In this document: piece by piece, positions 50,630 to 62,414 of the stretch
How the letters are laid out: every line of letters starts with the position of its first letter
Position numbering within the stretch: the first letter of the stretch is position 1
DNA from: an uncultured cyanobacterium
GTDB lineage: Bacteria > Cyanobacteriota > Cyanobacteriia > Cyanobacteriales > CAWCAG01
Direction: 5' to 3'
Length of the DNA: 64,000 nucleotides
Assembly (NCBI GenBank): GCA_963803805.1
Contig: CAWDOD010000002.1
Span: 512,001-576,000, forward strand
Translations under genes and position numbers: made by a program
Notes under the pieces: generated by a model
What the model was told of the DNA's origin: nothing
The model's database searches: none
The model's input: only the letters and a program-made list of their open reading frames with translations

Positions 50630-52937
50630 TATGTTGAGCTATTATAAATATACTCTTTTCATTTTACCTCCTTATTGTCTCAAACTTAATTAAAATAACT
50701 ATATCTCCACCATCTTGAGTATCTATATCTCTCAATGAAAATGAAGCAGAGATAGTGCCAATAGTGTCAGTAGAAATATTGCTGCCAGCCTCAAGGGTGA
50801 TATCTCCACCATTTCCCATATCTCCGCTTGCCGTTGCTTCAGAACGAGAATCGACTTGACTGGTAGAAATGTTGCCCCCAGCCTCAATGGTAATAGCACC
50901 TCCATCTTGAGTATCTCCAACTCCATAGGAACGAGAGATAGAATATACAGTGCCAGTGGCAACATTACCACCAGCTTCAATGTTAATAGCTCCTCCATTT
51001 CCCGCGTTTCCGAAACTAAACAAACCGGAAATAGAAGAAGAATTGAGATTGCCAGTGGAAATATCCCCTGTTGCTTGTAGGTTAATAGCTCCTGCATCAT
51101 CCGCATAGGATGATAATGAGAAGGGGGCAGAGGAGTCAGTATTAATTCCACCAGTAGTTATATTAACCCCAGAAATAGTTATATCCTTCCCCTCAGCAGT
51201 GATTCTATCTGCAATATCCTCCATCACAAAGTCACCCACCCCATCACCATCTGCATCGGCAGTAAAAACTACTGTTCCTGAACCCCCTGATAAATCTAGT
51301 TCGTTATCAAAGAGGTTGTTGACAGTAATGGTATTGTCGACCTGCACAACAACATTATTAATTTTCGCCTGTGCTTCTAATTCTCTTTCGGAGATGGTTT
51401 GAGGAGCGCCACTACCGTTGCCGTTTTCGATGGTAATATTCTCTGGATCTAAAAGCAAAGTCCCCATATTGCCAAAGTCAGAACTAGTATCTACACCTCC
51501 CTGAAACAACAGGGTTTCCTTCCCCGATATCTCTACAAAACCACCGTCACTAATGCCTGCACCACGGGCAGAGACATTACCATAAAAGTTTGTGGTGTCA
51601 TCAGCCCAAACAATTACTTTGCCACCTTCGCTATCTCCCTGCCCATCTGCTGTAATCACCGAATCCCGATTCACATAAGTCTGCAAAGCATTCGGCATAT
51701 CTCCTTTACCTTGATAATCTCCACCAACTAATACGCTGCCGCCACCATTCACCCCAGAAGCATCAATCTTTGCCCCAAGAAGTTCTACAACTTCCCCTAA
51801 AACTTGAACCTGACCCCCAACTCCTTGTTGATTAACAACATCCACACTACCAGAAACAACCGCAGTTCCTAACTCCACATCACCGGGAATACCTAAATCT
51901 CCCAAACCAGCCCCAGCCCCTAACTCTGCTACGGATAGACGGCTATTTCCTTGGTTAACAGTTAACTCCTGCCAACCTACAACCTGTCCTTGGTTGCCTA
52001 ACTCAACTAATCTCCCCTCCGGCATCGCTACCAAACTGACTTTTCCTCCCGGTGCTACCAAGTTCCCTTGGTTAACTACCGTTCCTCCTACTAAACTTAA
52101 ACCCTGCCCTGGCTCAACTGCTAAGTTACCTGCGTTAATAATTGCGCCCCCACTTCCTTCAAACTGCAAACCAACTGGAGCAATAGCACTCACAGTTAAT
52201 AATGGGGCTGCATTGGGATTGGTGGCACTGAAAACGTCCCCCCCAGGAAAGATGAAACCCTCAGCGGTGCTAGCGACAAATGCACCTTCTAAATCCAATT
52301 TGGCATTAGGGCCAAAGACTATGCCGTTAGGGTTGAGGAAGAATAAGTTGGCATCTCCTAATACTCCTAATGTGCCGAATAAATGGGAAGGATTGTTCCC
52401 TGTTACGCGACTAAAAATATTCTCTACTATCGCCAGGTTAGCAAAGTAAGCGCTGTGACCTTCTGAGATGTTAAATTCTAAGAAACTATGAAAGAGGTTA
52501 ATTCCCCGTAAAGCACCACCATCGAGGCGTTGAAGTTGAGGATTCACGGGGGTAACAACAGAACTTTCCCCGCCCAGGGTATTGTCAGGGGTTATTTGGG
52601 CGGGGGTAGGGAGAGCAAAAATAGTGCTGGTTAAGCCTAAAGCTAACCAGAATGGTTGAGATGCACGTTTCATTTGATAATTAAAAATTAATAATAATTT
52701 AGCTTGTTTTAATGCTAAAGCAATATATTGGATTAGCACTTAAACTCCTCGTTATTTTAATCTTTTGTAATTATTAAAAGTAGAGCCGCGATCGCATTTT
52801 CTTGTCGACTAGGCAAGATAAATAAGTGAAATGAGCCTCTTTTGCTAACCATAATTAACTAGAGAAACTCTAAGTAATTATGAGCAATTTTTCTGATAGG
52901 TTTGCTTGATAAGTAGAGTATTTTTTGCTCACCTTAG

Positions 52938-53777
52938 CTAAAGCAAATTTTGATTTTTTGTTCTTACTCGCTCATACAGTTCTTCCATGGTTTCAATAAA
53001 AGAATTGTCTTTATGCCAAAAAGGTGGATAGTCTCCTTGTTTTTTAATCAAAATGGCTGGAATTCCGCTTTGATTAGAAACTTCAATGGTTGATGGCAAC
53101 TGTTTTTTACCTAACCAAAATTCCTTGATATTTGGCTGGTGAGTAATTGCTTTTCTTTTCAAGTCAGGATAAAAAGATGTAGAGATTTCTAGGGGAATTT
53201 CTTGAATGTTTAGTTGAGAAGATAGGGCTTTTCCTAATGGTGACAAGGCTAATTTTTCCTGGAGTTCTGTTTGAGATAAACCTCGCAGTTCAAATAATAA
53301 AAAGGGATTTTGATCCAATTGTGAAGCAACTAGATAATATACTCCGGCGATATGCTTGCAGGGATTGGCATAATCAGGACAGGAACAACTGGTTTGGAAA
53401 TCTTCTCTACCATGGGGTAATAAGTTTAAGCCCAATTCAGAAAATGTCTCTTCAATATTTTCTGGTACTTCATTTAATAGCAACCTAGAAACAATACTCG
53501 CTTTCGCTGATAGTTTTTTAATCGCTTGTTTCCATTTAGTTTTGTTTATAGGTTTGATTTGGATGTCAATATTATAGGTTGGTTCTTTATAAACTCCAAA
53601 GTAAGGATTTACTGAACCTCTAACTTTAGCGGTAATATGATTTTCTTGAATCTCAAAACTCTTAACTTTACCCCCACGGGCATAGGAACGTCCCCTTTGT
53701 AATCTGTTATCCTCGCTAAATGCTTCTAAGGCTTTAATGAAGCGATCGCCCCACCAAGTGCGACTAAACTTGACCAC
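52938..53777 (-). CDS. SWIM zinc-finger protein
   Basis: RLQRGRSYA, CSCPD...CKH, PFLLFELRG. Confidence 0.9.
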   Translation of the reverse strand: MVKFSRTWWGDRFIKALEAFSEDNRLQRGRSYARGGKVKSFEIQENHITAKVRGSVNPYFGVYKEPTYNIDIQIKPINKTKWKQAIKKLSAKASIVSRLLLNEVPENIEETFSELGLNLLPHGREDFQTSCSCPDYANPCKHIAGVYYLVASQLDQNPFLLFELRGLSQTELQEKLALSPLGKALSSQLNIQEIPLEISTSFYPDLKRKAITHQPNIKEFWLGKKQLPSTIEVSNQSGIPAILIKKQGDYPPFWHKDNSFIETMEELYERVRTKNQNLL

Positions 53778-53782
53778 TTCTT

Positions 53783-56700
53783 TTACTCCAATACTGCGCT
53801 TTTATTTAAGGCAATTAGTTGCTTGAAAGCATTATTATCTAACTCTGTTAACCAAGATTCATCACTACCAATTACAGCAGAAGAAAGTTTTTTCTTGTCT
53901 TCTATCATTTGGTCAATTCTTTCTTCTAAAGTACCAATAGAGACAAATTTATGCACAAAGACATTCTTTTTCTGACCAATACGAAATGCCCTATCGGTAG
54001 CTTGATCTTCTACGGCGGGATTCCACCAACGATCAAAATGGAAAACATGATTAGCTTTGGTTAGGGTGATGCCAACACCACCTGCTTTCAGGGAAAGAAT
54101 GAAAACGGAAGGTTCTGTTGCTACAGCTTGAAATTCAGTAATCATTTTTTCTCGACGTTGACGACTAGTACCACCATGTAAATAGTAAGTGTTGCAATGT
54201 AAGTTATGTTTGAGATATTTTTCAATACCTTGACATATTTCCGTAAATTGGCTGAAGATTAAAATACTTTCCCCTTCAGAAATAGCTTCTTCTAACATCT
54301 GTGCTAGACGACTAAGTTTATGAGATCGCTTAGCAGAAAATTCACTGTTATCTTGAAGGAATTGGGCTGGATGGTTACAAATTTGCTTCAATTTCATCAA
54401 AGTAGAAAGCATTAAACCTTTGCGTTGAATACCTTTGCTTTTTTGTAGCTGTTCTTCTACATCTTTGACAACTACTTCATATAAAGAAGCTTGTTCTTTA
54501 GTTAAGTTAGTATATAGTTTCTGCTCAACTTTATCAGGTAAATCACTAATAATAGATTTGTCAGTCTTTAGCCGACGCAGAATCAAAGGTTCAACCAACT
54601 TTTTCAAGGTAATTGATTTAACTTTGTCATTATCTTTCTGGATCGGCACTTCAAAAGATTTACGAAACTGGGCTTGTTTCCCTAAATATCCAGGATTAAG
54701 AAAGTTGAAAATTGACCATAAATCCAGCAACCGGTTTTCTACAGGAGTTCCGGTTAAAGCTAGTTTGTGCTTTGCAGATAGTTTCAGAATCGCCTTTGTT
54801 TGTGCAGCTTTAGGATTTTTGATATTTTGGGCTTCATCTAAAACAATGCGTTGCCATTCAATCTGGTTAAATAGCTTTTGATCCTTTCGGGCAAGGGTAA
54901 AAGAACTTATTACCACATCACACTGTTCACAAGCAGCTTTAAACTCTGAAATCTTTTGTAGGCGACTGCTACCGTGATGTACTATTGCTTTAAGCTGAGG
55001 GGCAAACTTGATAATCTCCTTTTGCCAGTTTCCTACCACAGAAGTGGGTGCAATCAAAAGCGTTGGTAATAAAGAGTTTTGCTGTTGCTTTTCTCTCTCT
55101 TGTACCAAGCGGGCAATTACCTGTACAGATTTTCCCAACCCCATATCATCGGCCAAACAACCATTCAATCCCAAGCATTCCAAATAATGCAGCCAGGATA
55201 CACCCCGCTTTTGATATTCTCGCAATGTCCCTTGCAGATTGGTTAGTTCTGAAATTGGTTCTAATTGGCTTTTATCTTGCAACTTCGCCATCATGCTTGA
55301 TAAAGCCTGATCATGTTCAACTTCCCACTCATCCTCAACTTCTGCACTCTTTTGCAAAAACTCCAGCAATGTCATCTCTGGTTGTTCATTTTCATGGGAT
55401 TGCCAAAATTCTAACAACTGCTGCATTTTATCTTGATCAATTTCCATCCATTGACCGCGAAAATGCACTAGGGGAGACTTTGCATTAACTAATTGTTCCC
55501 ATTCGGCACGGGTAACAACCTCTTCTCCAATAGCTAAAGAATATTGATATTGCACCAGGGAATCTAAACCAAAATAACTCTTTGTCTTGCCCTTTGTTAC
55601 TTGCCCTTGAGAAGAAGAGGCCTTAAGGCGGATTTTAGCACGACGACGACCTGCGGGGGTATACCATGAAGGTATAATCACCTTAAAACCAGAATCTTCC
55701 AATACCCAAGCACTTTCAGTCAAAAAATCAAAGGCTTCTTCTAAACTTAGCTGTAATCCGGTGGGGCGATCGCACTCCAAACCTCGCCATAAAGTAGGGT
55801 ACATCCTGGCAGCATAACCCAGATTCAGTAAGAGATTGGTTTCAAATTCCTCACCAAAATCCTTACTTAGCACCCCCTTGGCTTTAGCATTCATCTCCCA
55901 ATAGTCAGCCAGTAACAGCTTCAGGGAAGGATCTTGTTTACTAGCTACTAGAAACTGCATTTGCCAATCGTCTGCATGATCTGCGGTGGCAGAATCGAGT
56001 TGAAAGCCCAGATGAAAGGAAGAGTCAGCTTGAGTAGGAACAATTTTAGTTTTCCACTCCAACCATTGTTGATACTCCTTTAAATAAGTATTGGTGGTGA
56101 GGGGATGATGCTGGCGGGAATGAAAGCAATGATCAATCAAAGAATCAGAAATTTTTTTATTAAAAGCGGCGGTAGATTGAGTATGAGTTACCAAGTTGCG
56201 GAGTAAATATTCCGAAAAGTGGCGCAACAAGGCTTCTGGTTCAAAAAACTCTACCCTATCCCTAAGTAGAGAAGAACCAGCAACACAAATTGGTGGCATA
56301 TATTCAAGATATTTGGCTAAATTCTCTTCATACTGTTCCGAAACAATTTCCCAGGTAGGATAGATAACGAAATCATTAGTTTGAGTTGATTTTTTCCGAC
56401 CTTTTTTCTGCTTTGTTCTAGTTTCTAACTGCTGATACTTAAGGGCGGGAATATACTGATCTTTAAAAATAATTTCTTTAAAAGCTTGGGTGTAGTGATA
56501 CCAAAATAATAAATCTGAACCCAATTGAAATTCACCTAAGTTGTACAGAGTCAAAAAGTGAATATCATTAAGCAACCTAATCACATTAATAGCCGTTGCT
56601 AGGTGAGAAGGATCTGTTTTTGTAGAAGCTACGGTTTGATAGCAATCTACTTGCCAATATTGCAACTCTTCATACAAATCGGCAACTTCTGCTTCTAAAT

Positions 56701-56980
56701 ACTTACTTAATTCCGGTGAAGGAAGAGGCTGACTATTGGCTGTGGGCAAAGCAAAATATTGAGGAGAAATGCGTTCTTTTAATTTTAAAGTACCATCTTT
56801 CAATCCTAGTTCTTGAGTCAAAAAAGTAACTAAATCATCCTTTCTTAAATGTCTGGGGTGAATGTTCTCCTGACTAGGTTTTCTCTTACTTAAAGGAACT
56901 TCAACCCACAAGCAAAAAGAACCTGACTGTACGAAATCAGACTCAGTATATGGTATCCAGCTACCATGGAGAACTTTCAT
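53783..56980 (-). CDS. SNF2-family helicase (DUF3670-type)
   Basis: LADDMGLGKS, DEAQ, TGTPVEN, DRWWNPAVE.QA.DRA.RIGQ. Confidence 0.95.
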   Translation of the reverse strand: MKVLHGSWIPYTESDFVQSGSFCLWVEVPLSKRKPSQENIHPRHLRKDDLVTFLTQELGLKDGTLKLKERISPQYFALPTANSQPLPSPELSKYLEAEVADLYEELQYWQVDCYQTVASTKTDPSHLATAINVIRLLNDIHFLTLYNLGEFQLGSDLLFWYHYTQAFKEIIFKDQYIPALKYQQLETRTKQKKGRKKSTQTNDFVIYPTWEIVSEQYEENLAKYLEYMPPICVAGSSLLRDRVEFFEPEALLRHFSEYLLRNLVTHTQSTAAFNKKISDSLIDHCFHSRQHHPLTTNTYLKEYQQWLEWKTKIVPTQADSSFHLGFQLDSATADHADDWQMQFLVASKQDPSLKLLLADYWEMNAKAKGVLSKDFGEEFETNLLLNLGYAARMYPTLWRGLECDRPTGLQLSLEEAFDFLTESAWVLEDSGFKVIIPSWYTPAGRRRAKIRLKASSSQGQVTKGKTKSYFGLDSLVQYQYSLAIGEEVVTRAEWEQLVNAKSPLVHFRGQWMEIDQDKMQQLLEFWQSHENEQPEMTLLEFLQKSAEVEDEWEVEHDQALSSMMAKLQDKSQLEPISELTNLQGTLREYQKRGVSWLHYLECLGLNGCLADDMGLGKSVQVIARLVQEREKQQQNSLLPTLLIAPTSVVGNWQKEIIKFAPQLKAIVHHGSSRLQKISEFKAACEQCDVVISSFTLARKDQKLFNQIEWQRIVLDEAQNIKNPKAAQTKAILKLSAKHKLALTGTPVENRLLDLWSIFNFLNPGYLGKQAQFRKSFEVPIQKDNDKVKSITLKKLVEPLILRRLKTDKSIISDLPDKVEQKLYTNLTKEQASLYEVVVKDVEEQLQKSKGIQRKGLMLSTLMKLKQICNHPAQFLQDNSEFSAKRSHKLSRLAQMLEEAISEGESILIFSQFTEICQGIEKYLKHNLHCNTYYLHGGTSRQRREKMITEFQAVATEPSVFILSLKAGGVGITLTKANHVFHFDRWWNPAVEDQATDRAFRIGQKKNVFVHKFVSIGTLEERIDQMIEDKKKLSSAVIGSDESWLTELDNNAFKQLIALNKSAVLE

Positions 56981-57068
56981 TATTCAACGACTCTAATGTA
57001 GCTAATTCTAGGAGTTGACCATTAATCTACCAAAAGAGAGTTACAATATCAAGTCAAGTTAAGGCGAT

Positions 57069-57127
57069 TAGCTAGTCGCTAGTCGCTAGTTGCTAGTTGA
57101 CCATTGATCACTGATAACTGATCATTG
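57069..57127. repeat. mixed heptamer tandem repeats
   Basis: (GCTAGTC/T)n followed by (TGATCAC/TGATAAC)n. Confidence 0.7.
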
Positions 57128-57180
57128 TTTGGCTTGCCGTTGCCGTTAGGCATCATTGACAACTGAATCATTGAAAGAAA

Positions 57181-58152
57181 ATGCGTATAGCTGAAAATAT
57201 AACAGAACTTGTTGGCAAAACTCCCCTAGTTCGTTTAAATTCTATTCCTCAATCTGAAGGCTGTGTTGCCCAGATTTTAATTAAACTTGAAGGTATGAAT
57301 CCCGCCGCTTCTGTTAAAGATCGTATTGGTGTCAATATGATCGAAGCCGCAGAAAGAGAGGGCTTAATTGATCCTGCTTCTACAGTTTTGGTTGAACCAA
57401 CTTCGGGTAACACAGGAATTGCCCTCGCTATGGCTGCTGCGGCTAAGGGTTACAAACTTATTTTAACCATGCCAGATAGCATGAGTTTAGAACGTCGGGC
57501 AATGTTACGGGCTTATGGGGCTTATTTAGAACTAACCCCTGGTAGCAAAGGCATGACAGGGGCGATTCAAAAAGCCCAAGAAATTGCGGAATCCACATCT
57601 AATGCCTTCATGCCCCAACAATTTAGCAACCCCGCTAACCCAGAAATCCATCGCCTCACCACCGCAAGAGAAATTTGGACTGATACTGATGGACAAGTAG
57701 ACTTTGTGGTAGCAGGAGTCGGTACAGGGGGAACTATAACGGGGATAGCAGAAGTGATTAAACAAAAGAAACCAGAATTTCAAGCGATCGCCGTTGAACC
57801 AGTGGATAGTTCCGTACTTTCAGGGGGAAAACCGGGTTCCCATAAAATTCAAGGCATTGGGGCTGGTTTTATTCCAGAGGTTCTCAAAACGGATCTTATT
57901 GATGAAGTGATAACTGTAACCAACGAAGAATCCTTTAGCTACAGTCGTCGTTTAGCCAAAGAAGAAGGTATCCTTTCTGGTATCTCCACCGGGGCAGCTT
58001 TATGTGCCGCCATTAAAATCGCTCAAAGACCAGAAAATGAAGGTAAACTAATTGTCACCATCCAACCCAGTTTCGGTGAACGCTACCTCAGTACTCCTTT
58101 GTTTCAAGATGAAGAACAAGACCAAAAATACAAAGAGTTAGCCATGAATTGA
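57181..58152 (+). CDS. cysK: cysteine synthase A
   Basis: [36 protein letters not shown]. Confidence 0.96.
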   Translation: MRIAENITELVGKTPLVRLNSIPQSEGCVAQILIKLEGMNPAASVKDRIGVNMIEAAEREGLIDPASTVLVEPTSGNTGIALAMAAAAKGYKLILTMPDSMSLERRAMLRAYGAYLELTPGSKGMTGAIQKAQEIAESTSNAFMPQQFSNPANPEIHRLTTAREIWTDTDGQVDFVVAGVGTGGTITGIAEVIKQKKPEFQAIAVEPVDSSVLSGGKPGSHKIQGIGAGFIPEVLKTDLIDEVITVTNEESFSYSRRLAKEEGILSGISTGAALCAAIKIAQRPENEGKLIVTIQPSFGERYLSTPLFQDEEQDQKYKELAMN

Positions 58153-58191
58153 AACACAGTATAAGTGTAGGGAATAGGAAACAGTAAGTTC

Positions 58192-58229
58192 TTTACTTAA
58201 TTACTTATTACTTATCACTTATTACTTAT
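58192..58229. repeat. heptamer repeat (TTACTTA)n
   Basis: ttacttaattacttattacttatcacttattactta. Confidence 0.75.
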
Positions 58230-58627
58230 CAATCATCCTCTCCTTCCACCATTGCCCGATACTCATCTGAAGTTAGGGTATCTTCCAACTCATCATCAGG
58301 ATTAGTAAGGCGTACTTTTAGTAGCCAGCCTTCGCCGTAAGGGTCTTCAGCGATAGTTTCTGGAGACTCAACCACAGCTTCGTTGCGGTCAATTACCGTA
58401 CCTTCTACAGGGGGATAGAGGTCTTCTACGGCTTTTACAGATTCGATTGTGCCACAGCTTTCCCCAGGTTCTAGGGCATCCCCAAGTTCTGATAATTCTA
58501 AGAAAACAATATCTCCTAGTTGATCAAGGGCGAAAGCACTAATACCAATAGTGGCGATTTCACCATCTAAACGCACATATTCATGGCTATCGAGATACTT
58601 CAAATCATCAGGATATTCTAAAGCCAT
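58229..58627 (-). CDS. gcvH: glycine cleavage system H protein
   Basis: SHEY, LGDIVF, IESVKA (lipoyl Lys), DPYGEGWL. Confidence 0.96.
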   Translation of the reverse strand: MALEYPDDLKYLDSHEYVRLDGEIATIGISAFALDQLGDIVFLELSELGDALEPGESCGTIESVKAVEDLYPPVEGTVIDRNEAVVESPETIAEDPYGEGWLLKVRLTNPDDELEDTLTSDEYRAMVEGEDD

Positions 58628-58692
58628 ATTACATCCTCAAATCTAAATAAGGGAGTTTTAGCGGCATAAGCCATTATTTTTATATCATTTCT

Positions 58693-59553
58693 CTAGACTT
58701 TAGTGCGGTCGGTAAGAATTTCATAACCTGTGGGGGTTACTAATACGGTATGTTCAAATTGTGCTGAAAGGGCGTTGTCTGCGGTTACTACCGTCCATCG
58801 GTCAGAGAGAATGCGAGTGATTTTTGATTTAGCATTTAAAATTGGTTCAATGGCTAAAGTCATCCCTGGTTTAAGTTGAACATTTGGTAATTGGTTGGTA
58901 CGGAAGTTAAAAACTGAGGGGGCTTCGTGGAGGTTGCGGCCGACACCATGACCTGTATAATCTTCCACAACGCTGTAACCTTTGGCTTTAATATAGTCTT
59001 CAATCGCCCCAGCAATATCTAAAAGATGGTTGTCTGGTTTAACTTGTTCAATGCCTTTGTATAAAGCTGCTTCAGCCGCCTGAATTAACCTCGCCGCATC
59101 TGAAGACACTTTCCCCACCGCAATGGTGATGCAGGAATCCCCATGAAAGCCGTTTTGATAGGCCCCTGTGTCTACTTTTAAAACATCTCCTGAACGAATA
59201 AATTTTTTCCGACTGGGGATACCATGGACAACTTCGTTATTGAGACAAACACAAATAGAAGCAGGAAAGCCATGATAACCTTTGAAACTAGGAGTCGCCC
59301 CCATTTCTCTAATGCGTTTTTCGGCATAGGTATCTAAGTCTGCGGTAGTCATTCCCGGTTCCACCATCGCCGCAATTTCTTTCAACACCGTAGCCACAAT
59401 TTGGCCTGATTGGCGCATAATTACTATTTCTTGTTCAGATTTAATCTCAATCTGGCGACGATTTCTTCTTAAGGAAGGTAGTCCAAAAGTTAACTTTTTT
59501 TTCTCCCCCTTAACTGAGTTTTTCGGAAAAAGCAATTTTGTCAAAATATTCAT
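58693..59553 (-). CDS. map: methionine aminopeptidase type I
   Basis: HGIP, DTG..GFHGD, GHGVG..LHE, IEP, AQFEHT. Confidence 0.95.
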   Translation of the reverse strand: MNILTKLLFPKNSVKGEKKKLTFGLPSLRRNRRQIEIKSEQEIVIMRQSGQIVATVLKEIAAMVEPGMTTADLDTYAEKRIREMGATPSFKGYHGFPASICVCLNNEVVHGIPSRKKFIRSGDVLKVDTGAYQNGFHGDSCITIAVGKVSSDAARLIQAAEAALYKGIEQVKPDNHLLDIAGAIEDYIKAKGYSVVEDYTGHGVGRNLHEAPSVFNFRTNQLPNVQLKPGMTLAIEPILNAKSKITRILSDRWTVVTADNALSAQFEHTVLVTPTGYEILTDRTKV

Positions 59554-59952
59554 AAATTAAAGTTTTCAGTTATCAATGATGCTTACGGCAACGGAAAGCC
59601 GAACAATGATGTCTAAGGGCAAGCCCTACAATTAGCCATTATCAATTAAGCAAAGTTCCTGTCAAACTCAAGAAAATATCTTCTAGGTTAGCAGGGGTAA
59701 GGGTTAAACGAACATAACACTTCTCCCCCAGAGAGGTTAAAATCAACTCCTTGAACTACGGTGCGATCACGCCATAGGATTTCTATAAATCACAGGCAGT
59801 TAGAGTAAGCTTTTTTGTATTGATAGGAGGAGATGGTCATTTTACTCTTTTTGGGGGTGTGAATCTTGCTGAGAAGTTTTCCACGTGCAGGTTATTATTT
59901 TTATATTCCCATTTGATCCAAGATAAAAGAAACATTTGCTCAGAAAATAAAT

Positions 59953-60885
59953 ATGTCAAAAATCATTATTGGTATTCATGGTTTAGCCAACAAGCCCCCT
60001 CAAGAAATAATTGAACGTTGGTGGAAGCAATCTTTAGTTGAAGGGCTACAAAAAAACTGTAGTTATCAAGATACAGGTTTTGATTTTAAGTTAGTTTATT
60101 GGGCTGATTTATTATATAAATATAATCTTCATAATGATAAAGATTTTGACTTTGATGAACTCTACAATCGTCAGCCCTATGTTGAAGCGAAACCAGGAGC
60201 ATTAAAACCCTATCCGGAAGGAAGGTTTTCTGAACTAAGAAAGTTCTCTTTTGGTACTATTGGTAGCGCTATAGATTTGATGACTAAAGATTTTGGCATT
60301 AATTTGGCCGCAAGTTTATTTATTAATAAAATTTTTAGGGATTTGAATTTTTATTATGCTAATGATCGGGAAATTAAAAATCGTTCTGGTGATCTTGAAT
60401 TAGCCAGAAAAGTTCTTCGCGATGAGCTTAAAAATATTTTATGGCAAGAAAGTGATAAAGAAATTATGCTCATTGCCCATTCTATGGGTTCAATTATTAG
60501 TTATGATGTTTTGAGGGATTTAGGGCGTAGTAATCCCGACCTGGAAGTTCCTCATTATATAACTATTGGTTCTCCTTTGGGCTTGCCCACAGTTAAAGGG
60601 AAAATCCTGCAAGAAAGAGATTATGATGCTAGGGTACGCACCCCTTCTATTGTGACTAAAACCTGGGTTAATTACGCAGATAGAAGAGATCCGGTGGCTA
60701 CTGATAACCATCTATCTGATGATTATCAAGCTAATAATAAAGGGATTAAAGTTTTTGATGATTTAGTGATGAATGATTACGAGTTACCCTATCAAGTTGG
60801 TAAGACTAACTCCCACAAATCCTACGGTTATTTGCGTACTCCGGAATTATCTATGCAGGTTAAATCTTTTTTGAAAAACGGCTAA
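59953..60885 (+). CDS. alpha/beta-hydrolase-fold protein
   Basis: IHGL, AHSMGS nucleophile elbow, TIGSPLG, DRRDPVA, SH..YGY. Confidence 0.8.
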   Translation: MSKIIIGIHGLANKPPQEIIERWWKQSLVEGLQKNCSYQDTGFDFKLVYWADLLYKYNLHNDKDFDFDELYNRQPYVEAKPGALKPYPEGRFSELRKFSFGTIGSAIDLMTKDFGINLAASLFINKIFRDLNFYYANDREIKNRSGDLELARKVLRDELKNILWQESDKEIMLIAHSMGSIISYDVLRDLGRSNPDLEVPHYITIGSPLGLPTVKGKILQERDYDARVRTPSIVTKTWVNYADRRDPVATDNHLSDDYQANNKGIKVFDDLVMNDYELPYQVGKTNSHKSYGYLRTPELSMQVKSFLKNG

Positions 60886-60894
60886 TTATTAATT

Positions 60895-60952
60895 AGGGCA
60901 GGTTTGTTTTCAGGGTTGATACCATAAATTTGAAACTCAAACCTGCCCCTAC
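60895..60952. repeat. REP-like inverted repeat / bidirectional terminator
   Basis: AGGGCAGGTTTG...CAAACCTGCCCCTAC between convergent genes. Confidence 0.6.
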
Positions 60953-61020
60953 TATTACACCATTTTAGCTAGCAGATACCTCTTCTAAGTAACTAAATAT
61001 TTAGAAAAGGAAGACCTAAC

Positions 61021-61739
61021 TTATTTAGTTAAACCAGCCTTTTTCTGTTTGCGTAAAGCGGAAGTTGTACCTAAGCCAGCTAAAGCGAAAAGCCCAAGGA
61101 TAGAAGTTGGTTCAGGAACAGAAACATCATTTAATTTAGCAAACAACATAGTTTGATTAGCCTGGCCTTCTTCTGTAATAAATTGATTGACTTTGGGGCC
61201 ATCAATAGTGTCAGAAAATCCTAATATTTTGAGATTGTAAATCTTGCCATCAATCTCAACTGTTTCACTAGAAGTGGCATCAGGAATACTGACAACATCT
61301 GGACAATTAGTTGCACCAGCAGGACTGCAAGGAGGAGTATTAGGTGTTTCATTGTGAGCAAAATCAAAGGTGAAATCCTGATTGAACATTGCACCATTTG
61401 CTATATCTAGGTTTAAGTTTAAAGTTGCACCTAAGATAGAACTACCACCACCAATAGGAAAATTATTGTGTGTAAATGTTCCTAGTTTAAATATTGCTCC
61501 ATCTATCGCATCACTATCTAATAATATCCCCCCGTTACCAGTGAAGTTATAGGAACTTTGAGGACTGCCAGTACCCCAAGAAAGAGTATCTGTACCCTCA
61601 CCATTAATATTAAGACCACCAAGAGGATTGACCAAGTACCATTAGTAGTGATAGTTATTGCTTCGGCTAATTGATTCCAGCTTAAACTTAAAGCAAAAGC
61701 AGTAGTAATAGTGCCTAAACTTTTCGCTAAAAGATTCAT
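61021..61739 (-). CDS. THxN-type PEP-CTERM exported protein, split by a 1-nt frameshift at ~61630
   Basis: Signal peptide in ORF 61518-61739 (..NGTWS); body FTHNNFPI, FAHNETPN and VPEP-TM-basic tail in ORF 61021-61635. Confidence 0.8.
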
Positions 61740-62414
61740 TTTTTATTTCTCCTAAAATTCATCTATTTAGTTGCATTTTTCGTTGAGCTGGATGAAAATT
61801 AAATACTAAAGATGTTGCGAATAGACTTCTTTTCAAAGACAGTAGCTATTGCAAGTTGATTTTATGGGCAACTTGAAATTAACTAGGCACTCGTGTATCT
61901 GAAATGCTACTTTTCAAGAAAATTGTTAGATAAAATTTTTATCTATTTCTTCTTTAGTGGCAACATTATTAAATAATTCATGCCTCACTATTCAATGTCT
62001 ATATTACATATGAAACATGATTTTGGAAGCAAAATTTATATTTCTAAATCTGAACAAAAGCATTGTTTCCATTCTTTATAGTTGCTTTTTATATACGGGA
62101 AAACTGCTAGTTTAAAATCATAATTTGTTGCTAATTAAAATTGATTTTTAAGTGCTTTGTTCTCATTAATTAATCTCTTTAAAGAGACTTTATACATATT
62201 CCCTGTAAAATCTTCATGTTTAAATTGACCTGTATAGCTGAAATTACTTAAGTATGCGAGCTTTCAGATATTTAAACCACTTATAGAGGAAAAGTGATAG
62301 GTAATAGTTAGTGGGTAAGAAGTACAGCTTATTTTAACTACTAATTCAACCAGATGTCTTTTCAATGTGTAACTGCTGATCATGCCACTCAAACTTATCG
62401 GCGATCGCGCTTTA

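Larger units (their letters stand above)
49707..50701 (-). mobile_element. IS630-family (ISY100-like) insertion sequence
   Basis: TIRs TAGTTATTTTAA..AA...TGAGACA at both ends; TA duplication at 49705-49706 and 50702-50703. Confidence 0.92.
46817..52673 (-). pseudogene. filamentous haemagglutinin-like (TpsA) exoprotein interrupted by IS630 (~1619 aa if restored)
   Basis: Signal peptide, QITPD, NLFHSF, NPNGI TPS motifs; removing 49707-50703 rejoins GGD-ISLKAGG in frame. Confidence 0.9.

Noticed and set aside
50664-50703. C-terminus VILIKFETIRR of the 691-aa ORF as a genuine protein end
   Set aside because: It is read-through into the IS630 terminal repeat
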